From the human T2T-CHM13v2.0 reference genome, Homo sapiens: a stretch of 64,000 bases of DNA. The translations under genes were made by a program, and so were the position numbers. A model generated the notes under the pieces. It was not told the DNA's origin, ran no database searches, and was given only the letters and a program-made list of their open reading frames with translations. The stretch lies in NCBI RefSeq assembly GCF_009914755.1, contig NC_060948.1; one strand, given 5' to 3'. Of the stretch, positions 26,645-41,338 are shown piece by piece. Every line of letters begins with the position of its first letter. Within the stretch, counting starts at the first letter, position 1.

Positions 26645-27789
26645 CTCATTAAGTGGCTAGTCTGTTCATGTGAACCATTCTCATGTTGTAGCCTAAATCA
26701 TGGTGGAGCTACAGTAATTAATAAGTCACTCAACCTAAGTTGCAATCATCATTTTCCCCCTCTAAGTTAAACTGAGTTTCAAGATTTGCTTTTTAGAAAT
26801 GGTGCATAGAATTTCATTAAAACAGAACTATTTTACCAGTAGGGTGTTATTTGAACTTCCATCATTAGAATTGATACTAGATAATTGCATCACACTGACA
26901 TCCAAGTGTTCAAAAAGGTAAAAGACATAGGATTGTACTCCTTGAGTGTGCAGTTACTGGGGACATACATTTGCATAAGCTATTACAGAGATTCCTTTGT
27001 GGTGGAAATTAACTTGCAATTTTTTTCAATGACTATTTCATCTGCTAAGGTGTCAAATCTCTTTTTATTCTCTGCATGCTACAAGTAAGTAGAGCAGGCC
27101 TGGTGTGATTCCTTCACTTATGGTGGGCAGTTAGCAGCCTGTCCAGTTTCACATACCCAATAAAAAGCGTCAGCCTGGAGGTGGATCAATAACTAATTTA
27201 ACCTCACACCTAATTCTTTTAATGATGTATCAATCACAGCCCCTTAAAACACCTGTATCAGATGAAAATCTACAGCTGCAGATTGAATTTAATTAATTTA
27301 TGCAGCATTCATTTTACCTTAATGAACACCCCTCTACGTGGCCTGAATGCTTACGAGTATACATAAATTGCAGTTCCAATTTTCTCTGTCCATGAAAAGT
27401 AAAGACAAGCAAAACAAAGTAAAAAATAATTATCCAACTGTTAATGATAGGTGATGTTTTCTTTTAATCATGGGATGGAGGTGGGAAAAGAAAAGCAGGA
27501 AGAAAACTTCAAAAAAACACCTGAATAGATGTAATCACCTGTGTTAATCAATGTGTGAGACATTTTAAATATTTTACCAGATGTGGTCTTCGAGAAAAGT
27601 CTGTGAAGAGGGAAATAGATTCTTACATAGGGAAAGTGGTTTCTACCCAAGATGACTTGGTTTGGAATGGATCACTTTTTCTTTCCATTATGCTGTAATG
27701 CTACCCTTTGAAGCTGATGGCTGGCCTGATTAAACCCACCAAATGTCACCTGTGTTGCTTACTTATAACTGCCTATGTCTAGTTAGTCT

Positions 27790-28790
<1,001 letters not shown>

Positions 28791-28893
28791 GTATTTAAAA
28801 ATCCCTAAGTTATAGCATGTTTACTGTAGGGAGCAAACGTCTTTTACTTTAGTGCATTGGCGTTTACTCTGTGGGGTCAATGTTATCCTTTTT

Positions 28894-29048
28894 GAGGAGA
28901 GAGAGGATCAAGAAAAATAACTAATGGGTACTCATCTTAGGAACTGGGTGATAAAGTAATCTATATAACACACCTCCATGACAAATGATTACCTATGTCA
29001 TGAACCTGCACATTTACCCTTGAACTTAAAATAACTTAAAAAAAAAAA
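28894..29048 (+). mobile_element. L1PA13-like extreme 3' end with polyA
   Basis: gagaggatcaagaaaaataactaatgggtact...acccttgaacttaaaata plus A run. Confidence 0.85.
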
Positions 29049-29053
29049 TATGT

Positions 29054-29458
<405 letters not shown>

Positions 29459-30289
29459 TTACAACCTCATAGTATAGAATTGCATCAGGGAATTAAAATA
29501 AATGAACTAGAATCCGTATGTATTAACATGAAAATAAATAGTGAAATGTCTTGTCAGGGAAAAAAGAATCCTTGAATGAAAAAAAAAAGTCTGTAAAAAG
29601 GTTGGAGACATTATGGTTTTGTTAATGGCATGTTTTAGCTTTAAGGGCATCCATTGACTATCTGCCATGAAAGATGAAACACTTTCTAGTGATGTCTTCC
29701 TCGCACCTACACTCTCTCCAGCTCACCAGTTTTGTTGGTTATATTGTCATTTTGAAAAAGCAAAATCTGTAACAGTTAAATCCAGTTTCCAAAATTCTTT
29801 CAATAATTTTATCTTAGAACTAAATTGGGATGGATATGTTTCACACCAGCACTCATGAGATCAAGCCTTCTGAATTTTAGAATAATTTTCCTATAATCTG
29901 TTTGAATGGATTTCAAGAGTAAGTAGTAGCTCTTCTTCAAGAAGAAACCCTGGTTGCTGTCACATGTCTTCATACTTCAAGGACAGTTGTGAAGAATATA
30001 TTGTATCAAACTTTACAGCCATTGTTCCATTCTATTCTGACATAGAACTTCTAGGCCAACCTTCTTTTTCTCCATGTTCTTCTGGACTTCCTTTTCTTCC
30101 TTAATGCCCTCATCTTTATTTTTAACATTTTGTAATATCCTTAAGCCATGGTCTAATGAGAAATTTATTGTGTAGCCGTTTTTCTGAAAACCAACTTGGA
30201 ACCACTAGAGTGAAGTCCTGATTTATTCTTAAAAATGCCACTTCTGTGACATCTTTAATTTTTTCTTCTCTTCTCATCTTCATGATGTC

Positions 30290-31677
30290 CAACAGTCATC
30301 TGGAAAAAAGTTCAACATCACTGATTATTAGAGAAATGCAAATCAAAACCACCATAAGATACAATGTGACACTAGTCAGAATAGCCATTATTAAATGTCA
30401 AAAAATAACAAGGTTACTGGCAAGGTTGCAGAGAAAAAGGAACACTTACACACGTTAGGAGTGTAAATTAATTCAGCCATGTGGAAATCAATATGGTGAT
30501 TCCTGAAAGAGCTAAAAACAGAACTACTATTTGACCGAGAAATCCAATTACTGGGTATATACTCAAATAAATATAAATCCTACTATAAAGATACATGTAT
30601 CTGCATGTTCATTGCAGCACTATTCACAAGGGCAAATGCATGGAATCCACCTAAATGCCTATCAATGTGGACTGGATAAAGAAAACATGGTACACCATGG
30701 AATACTTTGCAGCCATAAATAGGAAAGAGATCATGGCCTTTGCAGGAACAAGAATGGAGGAGGAAGCCATTATCTAGTAAACTAATGCAGCAATAGAAAG
30801 TTGCATGTTCTCACTTGTAAGTGGTGGCTAAATGATAAAAACATGGAATATATAAAGGGGAACTGTTGGGATTCCCTCAGGATAGTGGCAGAAATATTAA
30901 AAGGAAATACTAGGGAAAGTTATACGGAATAGTCACAAACCTTTTTGAAAGGCCGAAAGATTACATAGCTTGTAATAATTGAACAGGCTGAAGGTGGCCA
31001 GTTCTTACCTTAGAGCTTAGGTCATAAAATAAATACTAGGGACAATAGAGGCTTCCTCAATTAAGTCTGTTTACCCTGCCTCCATTAACTAAGCTTTGAG
31101 CCACATGGCCCTCTTGCAGGGAGGTCCACCAGGGACATCGCCCCTTAATGGTATTTACTTTAGACCATGGAACCAGAGCTTTAATCATTCCTAGAACTAC
31201 TCTCTTAACTGTGTTAATTATCTACAAATGTGTTTATTCAAAGCTTCTGTTGTTAATTCTATACTAAATAAATTCCTGGAGTGCAAGCTGCTCAGGGCCA
31301 CAGCTGCCATTATTTACAGAACTGTCCTTGGAGTGTGTGAGTGGCCTCGGATCCTCAGCTGGACTGGCAATGCAGAATATCTGTGTGTCAGTGTACTTTA
31401 TTCATCCATTGCAGGGTCAGAGGTCTGTGAAGCACAGACTCCCCACAGCTAGTGCCCTACAGCAAAAGGAGAGCTGCCTCAGGCAACAACACTTTGGGGC
31501 ATGTTGGAGGGTACAGGGTGGGGGGAGGGAGAGAATGAGGAAAAAAAAAAACTAATGGGTACTAGGCTTAGTAGCTGGGTGATGAAATAATCTGTACAAC
31601 AAACCCCATGACAAAAGTTTCCCGATATGAGGCACCCTCACATCTACCCCGAGACTAAAATAAAATTTTTTAAAAAG
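30290..31677 (+). mobile_element. L1PA13-15-like 3' end split by LTR22
   Basis: agagaaatgcaaatcaaaacc...aaaggggaac | aacactttgggg...ctaatgggtactaggctta...taaaataaaa. Confidence 0.88.
30864..31481 (+). mobile_element. LTR22-family solo LTR (HERV-K22/HML-5)
   Basis: tgttgggattccctcaggatagtggcagaaatatt...ca; 6-bp TSD gggaac/ggcaac (30858-30863, 31482-31487). Shares motifs with the LTR at 55550-56031. Confidence 0.75.
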
Positions 31678-31942
31678 GGAATGTCAATTATGCAAACATT
31701 GAATCCTGCTTGTCTTTCATTGCTATCTAATCCAATGTAAAACATGCTTATCTTTCCTTGTGTCACTTGGAGTGATTTCCTAAAACCTATCCACTGTGTT
31801 TCTGGCAGTATTTCAGTCTTTAAAATTGTATTTTATTGTAGTCCAAATAACCATTGTCAACCTTTTTCTTCTTGTTTTTTCTGTCTTATGAGCTCTCCCA
31901 ACTTAATTTAAATCAAGTGATCTGTGATTTCTGCTGTTTTGT

Positions 31943-31979
<37 letters not shown>

Positions 31980-32433
31980 TAAAGGCATGTACTTATTTCA
32001 ACTCATGTTGAAAGCACAATCATGTGTTGAAAATGTGTTGTAGAATATGAAGAATGATACTGGAAGAGTTTTCTGAAATCAATATTTGCTTATGTGAACA
32101 TTATTTTTCTCTCTCTTTTTGTTGTTTGTTTGTTTGCTTTTTGTTTTGTTTTGGTTTTGTTTTTTTTTGGCATGTTTCTCTTTCCACACTCCCCACCTGC
32201 CTTCCTTGCAGTTTTTAAGCTAGAGTTTTCTGGTGGGTATTTTGACTTTTACTTCTCTTAGAACAGACCACTGGCAATCCACAAAGACTAAAATTGAAGG
32301 GATCTGTTCTATAGCTGTCATTTTAGTTTGCTACTTTAAACTCCTTCTTGTCAAATCCGTTATTGTTTGTCCTGGGTTCCTTTTTCTTGGATTGGATAGT
32401 TTAGATAGTTGGTATAGATGATTGCAAAATCCC

Positions 32434-32784
32434 TATATCAGTACGTTGCTGATAAAGACATACCCGAGACTAGGTAATTTGTAAAGAAAAAGATGATAAA
32501 TGGACTTACAGTTCTACATTGTTTGGGAGGCCTCACAATCATGGCAGAAGGTGAAAGACATTTTACATTGCTGTGGCAAGTGAGACTGAGAGCCAAGTGA
32601 AAGGGGTTTCACCTTAAAAAGCCAAAAGATCTCATGAGACTTATTCACTTCCATGAAATCATTGTGGGGAAAACCATCCTCACGATTCAATTATTTCCCA
32701 CCAGGTCCCTCCCACAACCCATGGGAATTATGGGAGCTGCAAGTCAGGATGAGATTTGGGTAGGGACACAACCAAACCATATCA
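32434..32784 (-). mobile_element. THE1B-like solo LTR
   Basis: gctgataaagacatacccgagact...gggacacaaccaaaccatatca. Confidence 0.92.
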
Positions 32785-32877
32785 TCCATTAACCCATTGT
32801 TTCTCTGTGGTTGTATTTATAATTTTGTGATGACTTCCTCTCAAACTTAACTTGCTTCACCTCAGGCAGTCTTGTAG

Positions 32878-33259
<382 letters not shown>

Positions 33260-33297
33260 TGGGGGTGACAGTTTTTTTTTAAAAACTCAGATGTTTT

Positions 33298-35360
33298 ATC
33301 AAAAAGCTTATCCACCAAGATCAAGTGGGCTTCATCCCTGGGATGCAAGGCTGGTTAAATATACACAAATCAATAAATCCAGCATATAAACAGAACCAAA
33401 GACAAAAACCACATGATTATCTCAATAGATGCAGAAAAGGCCTTTGACAAAATTCAACAACCCTTCATGCTAAAAACTCTCAATAAATTAGGCATTGATG
33501 GGATGTATCTCAAAATAATAAGAGCTATCTATGGCAAACCCACAGCCAATATCATACTGAATAGGCAAAAACTGGAAGCATTCCTTTTGAAAACTGGCAC
33601 AAGACAGGGATGCCCTCTCTTACCACTCCTATTCAACATAGTGTTGGAAGTCCTGGCCAGGTCAATTAGGAAGAAGAAGGAAATAAAGGGTATTCAATTA
33701 GAAAAAGAGGAAGCCAAATTGTCCCTGTTTGTAGATAACATGATTGTATATCTCAAAAACCCCATTGTCTCAGCCCAAAATCTGCTTAAGCTGATAAACA
33801 ACTTCAGCAAAGTCTCAGGATACAAAATCAATGTACAAAAATCACAAGCATTCTTATACACCAATAACAGACAAACAGAGAGCCAAATCATGACTGAACT
33901 CCCATTCACATTTGCTTCAAAGGGAATAAAATACCTAGAAATCCAACTTACAAAGGACATGAAGGATCTCTTCAAGGAGAACTACAAACCACTGCTCAGT
34001 GAAATAAAAAAAGGATACAAAGAAATGGAAGAACATTCCATGCTCATGGGTAGGAAGAATCAATATCGTGAAAATGGCCATACTACCCAACGTAATTTAT
34101 AGATTCAATGCCATCCCCGTCAAGCTACCAATGACTTTCTTCACAGAATTGGAAAAAACTTTAAAGTTCATATGGAACTGAAAAGGAGTCCGCATCACCA
34201 AGTCAATCCTAAGCCAAAAGAACAAAGCTGGAGGCATCACACTACATGACTTCAAACTATACTACAAGGCTATAGTAACCAAAACAGCATGGTACTGGTA
34301 TAAAAACAGAGATATAGATCAATGGAACAGAATAGAGCCATCAGAAATAATGCTGTGTATCTACAACTATCTGATCTTTGACAAACCTGAGAAAAACAAG
34401 CAGTGGGGAAAAGATTACCTATTTAATAAATGGTGCTGGGAAAACTGGCTGGCCATATGTAGAAAGCTGAAACTGGATCCCTTCCTTACACCTTATACAA
34501 AAATCAATTCAAGATGGATTAAAGACTCAAACATTAGACCTAAAACCATAAAAACCCTAGAAGAAAACCTAGGCATTACCCTTCAGTACATAGGCATGGG
34601 CAAGGACTTCATGTCTAAAACAACAAAAACAATGGCAACAAAAGCCAAAATTGACAAATGGGATCTAATTAAACTAAAGAGCTTCTGCACAGTAAAAGAA
34701 ACTACCATCAGAGTGAACACACAACCTACAAAATGGGAGAAAATTTTTGCAACCTACTCATCTGACAAAGGGCTAGTATCCAGAATCTACAATGAACTCA
34801 AACAAATTTACAAGAAAAAAACAAACAACCCCATCAAAAAGTGGGCGAAGGACATGAACAGACACTTCTCAAAAGAAGACATTTATGCAGCAAAAAAATT
34901 CATGAGAAAATGCTCACCATCACTGGCCATCAGAGAAATGCAAATCAAAACCACAATGAGATACCATCTCACACCAGTTAGAATGGCAATCATTAAAAAC
35001 TCAGGAAACAACAGGTGCTGGAGAGGATGTGGAGAAATAGGAACACTTTTACACTGTTGGTGGGACTGTAAACTAGTTCAACCATTGTGGAAGTCAGTGT
35101 GGCTATTCCTCAGGGATCTAGAACTGGAAATACCATTTGACCCAGCCATCCCATTACTGGGTATATACACAAAGGACTATAAATCATGCTGCTGTAAAGA
35201 CACATGCACACGTATGTTTATTGCGGCACTATTCACAATAGCAAAGACTTGGAACCAACCCAAATGTCCAACAATGATAGACTGGATTAAGAAAATGTGG
35301 CACATGTACACCATGGAATACTATGCAGCCATAAAAAATGATGAGTTCATGTCTTTGTAG
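33298..35360 (+). pseudogene. L1 ORF2 remnant (RT domain plus Cys-rich C-terminus), frameshifted and with stops
   Basis: [27 protein letters not shown] (degenerate FADD), [18 protein letters not shown]; frame break near 34010 and a stop near 34179. Confidence 0.93.
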
Positions 35361-35673
35361 GGACATGGATGAAACTGGAAATCATCATTCTCAGTAAACT
35401 ATCGCAAGAACAAAAAAACAAACACCGCATCTTCTCACTCATAGGTGGGAATTGAACAATGAGAACACCTGGGCACAGGAAGGGGAACATCACACACCGG
35501 GGACTATTGTGGGGTGGGGGGAGGGGGGAGGGATAGCATTAGGAGATACACCTAATGTTAAATGATGAGTTAATGGGTGCAGCACACCAGCATGGCACTA
35601 GTATACATATGTAACTAACCTGCACATTGTGCACATGTACCCTAAAACTTAAAGTATAATAATAAAAAAAAAA
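33298..35673 (+). mobile_element. L1PA3-like LINE-1, 5'-truncated (~2.4 kb)
   Basis: RT/C-terminal ORF2 (ORFs 33413-34102, 34350-35360), 3'UTR G-tract, gtaactaacctgcacattgtg, polyA. TSD aaaaa(ctc/ttg)agatgtttt at 33281-33297 and 35742-35758. Confidence 0.95.
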
Positions 35674-35746
35674 GTGACATGAACACACACACACACACAC
35701 ACACACACAAATAAAATAAAGGGTCAGCCAAGGACTGGAAAAAAAA
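35674..35746 (+). other. Probable L1 3' transduction ((CA)n, AATAAA, second short polyA)
   Basis: Non-L1 sequence between the L1 polyA and the right TSD copy, with AATAAA about 20 nt before an A8 run. Confidence 0.7.
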
Positions 35747-37489
35747 TTGAGATGTTTTTTCTCGTTTTTGTTCTCACCGATATGATTTTATTCGGAACTT
35801 CCCATAAGCACCTCTCTAGAAAGATGAGGCAGAGGGGAGTTTACAGTCAGCTTTCAACATTCAAAACAGGATTCTGAAGCAAGCGATATCATCTTGATAC
35901 ACAGGATTTGTTGAGAAAAGGGATTTACACTCATCCATTTGTATTTATATTTAATTACTGGGTATTACTCTCAAATCTCAAACACTTTTTTTCTGAGAAC
36001 TATTTATTCTGATGGAACACAGGCTATCATTATCTACCCTTTCTTGAGTAGACTTCACAATTAGCCAGAAAGTGTCTTGGTAAGTGGCCTGAACTTGTCA
36101 TCATTTCTTGCTTTCATTGAAGATGAAGTTTTCTTCCACTTATTTGATTGAGAAAGAGATTGAAGTTAAAAATGGCTTTACAACATTTAACAGAAATACT
36201 GGATAGTTTTAATTTAAGTTATCCATCTTAGAAGAAATTTCTGTAAAAGCTTGACTTTTTGCATGTAGGGATCATCTTAAAGTCTTTCAATCATTTATTC
36301 AAGGAATATTCTCAAGTTCCAGCTCTAAGACTGTGATTAAGCTAAGTCCTGAATATGTATCAATGAATAAATGAACATAGCCACCCACATGTTAGAAAGA
36401 GAATAATCCCTAAGATAAACAAAAATAGAGCAAAGAATATGGGTCTATGTGCTAAGTAGGAGAGGATGGTGTCTGGGGAGGGGTTGCTGTGGAAGATTTG
36501 TGAACAAGATGTCTTTTCAGTAAATTTATTCAATCTTACTTTGAATGGCATTTCCCACTCATAATGTCCCTATTTCTAGCAGAATTAGATTTGTAAGCAA
36601 ATTTCCCATTGTAGGCATAAAATGTATTTCTTCATTTGAACCAGGATTGAGTTCTTCTTGAAACAGAATAAGCCAATCTCTATTTGAAGAGTGAACACCA
36701 GCTTCATTCAGTGCCCTTCTCTCTTCTCTCCATTTCAGACTAATTTTCAAGTTACTGTCCTCTCTCGTTTTAGATCTGATGTATGTCACTACTTTGGAAT
36801 TATTTCTTTACATAGTTGGTTCTACTGAATGGAATTCCTGATTTATGGGCAATTCTTTATAATGGGCATTATATCATTTTATTGAAGCCCTGGTGTTCAG
36901 TTTGGGAGAAGGAGCGAGTCACCTTCCAGACATTTTTTTCCCCAATTTAAGGTCTTAGAAATTGACATGATTAGTCAAAAATAAGTAATTAAAATTGAGT
37001 TGAGTTACTTAATAATCATGTAAGCACCAATGTTTTCTGTTAGAAAATTAAGTAATTAAGGTGACTATTGATTATTATGGATGATAATATAAATTCATAT
37101 TTCCAAAAGGATGAGCTCTCATTTTTTCATCTATATGTTTAATCACTTAAACTGAATCTTGTCTACTGATAAATGATGCTTAGATAGTACATAATAAACA
37201 TATTGCATTGTTGGGCAAATTGAATAAATGTTGAGTTTGAATTATTAAATTGAAAGAAAGCATACTAACTAAAGAAAATGACCACTCTCTCAATTCCTCA
37301 GGCATCTCTAAGAATACGGAGAAAATAAAATAGGGTGTGGTTATTAGGGCCGAATTATTATTGGACCGGGCATAGATTCAGGAAAAGAAAACTGTGCAAT
37401 TTAAAGCTATCATAACTCCACAATTTGAAATTTACCCTAAAGAAATCATCAGATTTACCAAAAGATTTATGACTGAAAATGTTTATTAC

Positions 37490-37819
37490 AATTTTATTGC
37501 ATGGTTCTCCAGGCTGTATAGAAAGCATGGTGCTGAGATCTGCTCAACTTCTGGGTAGACTTCATGAAACTTACAATCGTGGCAGAAGATGCAGGGGAAG
37601 CAGCCCCATATTACATGACTAGAGCATAAGAGAAGAGCCAGGGAGATGCCACACATTTTTAAACAACCAGATCTCACAATAATTCACCATCACAAGGACA
37701 GTACCAATGGGAAAATCCACTCCCATGATCCAATTGCTTTCCACCAGGTCACAACTCCAACATTGGACTTTACAGTTCAACATGAGATTTGGATGGCAAC
37801 ACAGATCCAAACCATATCA
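37490..37819 (-). mobile_element. MSTA-like MaLR LTR (partial)
   Basis: catggttctccaggctgtatagaaagcatggtgct...ttttaaacaaccagatctcac...acacagatccaaaccatatca. Confidence 0.88.
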
Positions 37820-37951
37820 GAGGCTGAGAGAGATGAAAAGCTTTCTGTTATTTTGAGCAGATGAGTAAAATAACTTGATAGATATACTTCCCTAGGATCA
37901 CAGCTAAAGTCCTCTGTTGCACCTGTAGTGCCTTCAGAACAAAGTTCACAC

Positions 37952-38107
37952 TTTTTTTTTTTTTTTTTTGAGGTCTCCTCTCTCACCAGGCTGGAGTGCA
38001 GTGACATGATCTCGGCTGACTGTGACATCTGCCTCCTAGGTTTAAGCAATCATCCTGACTCAGTCTCCCAAGTAGCAGGGACAATAAGTGCAGGCCACCA
38101 TGCCGGA
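37952..38107 (-). mobile_element. Alu right arm only (5'-truncated/FRAM-like)
   Basis: PolyT plus ccaggctggagtgcagtg...ccaccatgccgg. Confidence 0.85.
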
Positions 38108-39321
38108 TTCCATTCTTCTTAATATAGTTACCTGATACATTCATCTGTCAGAGCCACCCAGTATATGTTCCAGCCTTTTTCGTACTATTCCTAATAACCT
38201 AAGTGCACCATGTAGTTTACTTCACCGTGTCTCTGTGCATCCTGTTTTGTCTGACTCAAAAGTCATTTCTTCCACTCTTTAAATAGTCAACTCTGACCTG
38301 TGCATTTAAACAACCAATTTAGGGTTGCATTTCCTATCCTGGCACTACTTGGATTTTATGTTAGCATCTCTTGCTCCAGATTGGGCGCACCCAGAGGACC
38401 AAGACTCTTCTCAGAGGAGCTTGTGAGAATTGATGAATTTAAAGAAAAAAGATATAGAGAAGAAAGTCCATACACATTAGAAAAAAATGCCAAACAGAGT
38501 AAACAACGGGTAAAAGGGCAAATCATTACAAAATGACAAAAAGGGTGACTTCAGAGCAAAGCCCTTTCTTAGCATAGCAAGTAGGACAGACATTTATATT
38601 TGATAACATTATTCCACTCTCTTGCTATCCCACAGCCACCTGGTTCAAGATGCAGATATCATGAAATGGGGCTATATCATTTAGTAGGAAAGAAGACTGT
38701 GTAACATAAGATTACCAGGTTTCTCAGAGATGTTTTGCTGAACTATTTTTTTAAGGATGTGGAGGGAGCTTTGAATATTTTATTATATATCTTGTCTCTA
38801 CTGGAAACAGTCCTTGTTCTCAGTTTACTGGGATGCACTATGCCTTCTCTTTGGAAAACAGTCTTAGATTCTAATACAAGAGAGCTTGGGACATTGCCAG
38901 AGGTGAAAGGCTGGGCTAAATTTCTGTATCCAAGGCTCTAGGCCTAAATGAGAAGCTGTCTCCTGTGCTGCACAGTCTAGTTCAACAGAAATGAAGACTG
39001 TAATTAGGGAGCATTGGAGGAATAAGCCAGTGTATTGGGCAGGGCCTTATATTATGGTGCACTGTTTTTTTTTAGTATGATTCACAGGCAATTCCTATAC
39101 ACAGGCTCCCACTTACAGATTATGGAGATCAGTTAACACATATATCCAGAGATGATCCAACAAGATGATGGAGTATTCTAGAAGGATCTTGGTGTACACA
39201 CTGATTTTCTTCTATTAAGAAAACACTACAAAATAGGGCTGAATTAAAATGAGTTGTAACAGCAAGTGAAATCACCTTGAAAGATTGTCTAAAATGTTGC
39301 ATGATTTATTTACAAAAAGAC

Positions 39322-39895
39322 TTTTTTTTCAACTTTTATTTTAGATGCAGGGGGTACAAATTCAGGATCATTGCCTGGGTGTATCATGTGATGCTGAAGT
39401 TTGAGGTATGGTTGTTGCTGTCACCCAGGTACTGAACATAGTACCCGATAGTTAGTTTTTCAACCCTTGCCTCCGTTATCCCTATCTCTTCTAGTAACCC
39501 AAGTATCTATTGTTCCAATGTGTAGGTACATCTATTCTCAATGTTTAGCTCTCACTTAGAAATGAGAACATGTGGTATTTGGGTTTTCACTTATCTTAAG
39601 TGAATTAACACAGGAAGAAAAACCCAGGTATTTGGGTTCAAGAAATTCTCAGGTATTTATTTTTTTCATTCTGTGTAATTCACTTCGGATAGTAGTTTCC
39701 AGCTGCATCCATGTTGCTGCAAAAGACATGAGTTTATTATTTTTCACATCTGTGTATTATTCCTTGGGGTATATGCACATTTTCTTATCCAGTCCACTGT
39801 TGATGGGCACTTTGGTTCATTCCACTATTTTGCTATTGTAAATAGTGCTATGATAAGTATAGAAGTTTAGGTGTATTTTGGTACAAGAATTTATG
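39322..39895 (-). mobile_element. L1PA16-like 3' end containing a local rearrangement
   Basis: ttcaacttttattttagatgcagggggtaca...catagtacccgatagttagtttttcaaccc...gctgcatccatgttgctgcaaaagacatg. Confidence 0.88.
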
Positions 39896-39927
39896 TCTCT
39901 ATGTAAAAATTTTTTATTTAGTGAACT

Positions 39928-40535
39928 TATTTTTTAAAGAAGTTTTAGTTTCGCAGTAAATTCAGGTGAAAGTACAGGCAATTCACATGTAGCCTCTGTC
40001 TCCAACAACAAAACATCTCTTTGAGAGCATACAACCTCCACCACACCCTTCTAAAATGTAAGCAGTCATGATTTTCAGTTATTATTTTGGATTAACTATG
40101 CCACTGTCATTTTCTGGGAGCCTCCTTTCCTTGTTTGGCTCAATATTTTTATTATATTTTATTTGTAAAAGCAATTTTAGGGTCACAGCAAAATTAAGCA
40201 AAAGGTACAGAATTTCCATGTGCCTCTGACCCCACACATGCACAGCCTCCCCCACTCTCAACGTGGCATTTCACAGTGGTGCATTTGTGAAAACTGATGA
40301 ACTTACACATCGTTGTCCCTGAAGTCCATAATTCACATTACGGTTCACTCTTGGTGATGTTCATTCTAGAGGTTTGAACAAATGTATAATGACATGCATC
40401 CATCATTATATTAGGTGGGTGCAAAAGTAATTATGGGTTTTGTTAATACTTTGGTACAATAATTTTGCACCAACCTAATAGGATCACACAGTATAGTTTC
40501 CTTGCCTTAAAAATCCTCTATGCTCCACCTATTAA
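39928..40535 (-). mobile_element. L1MC1-like 3' end (two pieces: ~39928-40003 and ~40155-40535)
   Basis: gcaattttagggtcacagcaaaatt...ggttcactcttggtg...aaatgtataatgacatg...aaaaatcctctatgctccacctatt. Confidence 0.8.
40411..40478. mobile_element. MADE1 (Hsmar1-derived MITE)
   Basis: TIRs ttaggtgggtgcaaaagtaatt / aattttgcaccaacctaa with TA on both sides. Confidence 0.9.
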
Positions 40536-41302
40536 ATCATCACTTATTATCTGAATTTTTACTCTAGCCATCCTTGTGGGTGTGAAGAGGTATCTCTTTG
40601 TAGATGGCAGATTATTTAGAGGCTAACACTTGGTTGTGTGTCCAACCAATTGGACAAGGCTGAGTATTCATGAGGACGATGAAATGAATCCATTTAGCTG
40701 CACAGTGAGAAGAGGGTATGTGCAAACAGACAAGAAAACAAGATGCACCCAAACATTACAAACCACATTTCAAACTCTTCTCTTTGGACAACTATCTCAT
40801 AATGCATCCTTGTCTTAGGTTGCCTGACTGGAAGACAGCATGGATGATCCCTTGTAAATTTATTGACATTGTTGTGATTCCAAATTCATAGCCCGCAATG
40901 TTAGGTGAAAAGCAGCAGTTCTATCCAGGATAGCAAGAACATTGTGTTACAAAGTGATTCAGACTGAGAATGAGAACAATTTTGGAAGTATCCATGAAAT
41001 TCAGCATTCCAAATTAGTTTGGGATATAGATCACCACCATGAAATATGTGCCTTTATCAAAGATGTTAAGATTCTACTATAATTTAGCATAACCTTCTCT
41101 TATTTTTTCTCAGGGCTTTCATATGATGAATATCTCCACTCCCCTAACACAGCTACCATCAAGAGACAAAATTGAGTTCCAGATATTTATAATTTTCCTC
41201 ATCCTTTCCCCGGAATAATTGTGTAAGGGAATGATATAGTGGAACTAAGACTTTAAACATAATTAACGACTATGATTTGGGCTGTGAATATTGAAGATAT
41301 TA

Positions 41303-41303
41303 T

Positions 41304-41337
<34 letters not shown>
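41303..41337. repeat. (GAT)n microsatellite
   Basis: Direct inspection. Confidence 0.95.

Positions 41338-41338
<1 letters not shown>

Noticed and set aside
33413-35360. Longest ORFs (229 aa, 336 aa) as a functional reverse transcriptase gene or retron-like system
   Set aside because: They are fragments of a 5'-truncated L1 ORF2 with a frameshift, stops and a mutated catalytic motif (FVDN instead of FADD).
35510-35533. G-quadruplex-forming tract
   Set aside because: It is the standard L1 3'UTR G-rich tract.
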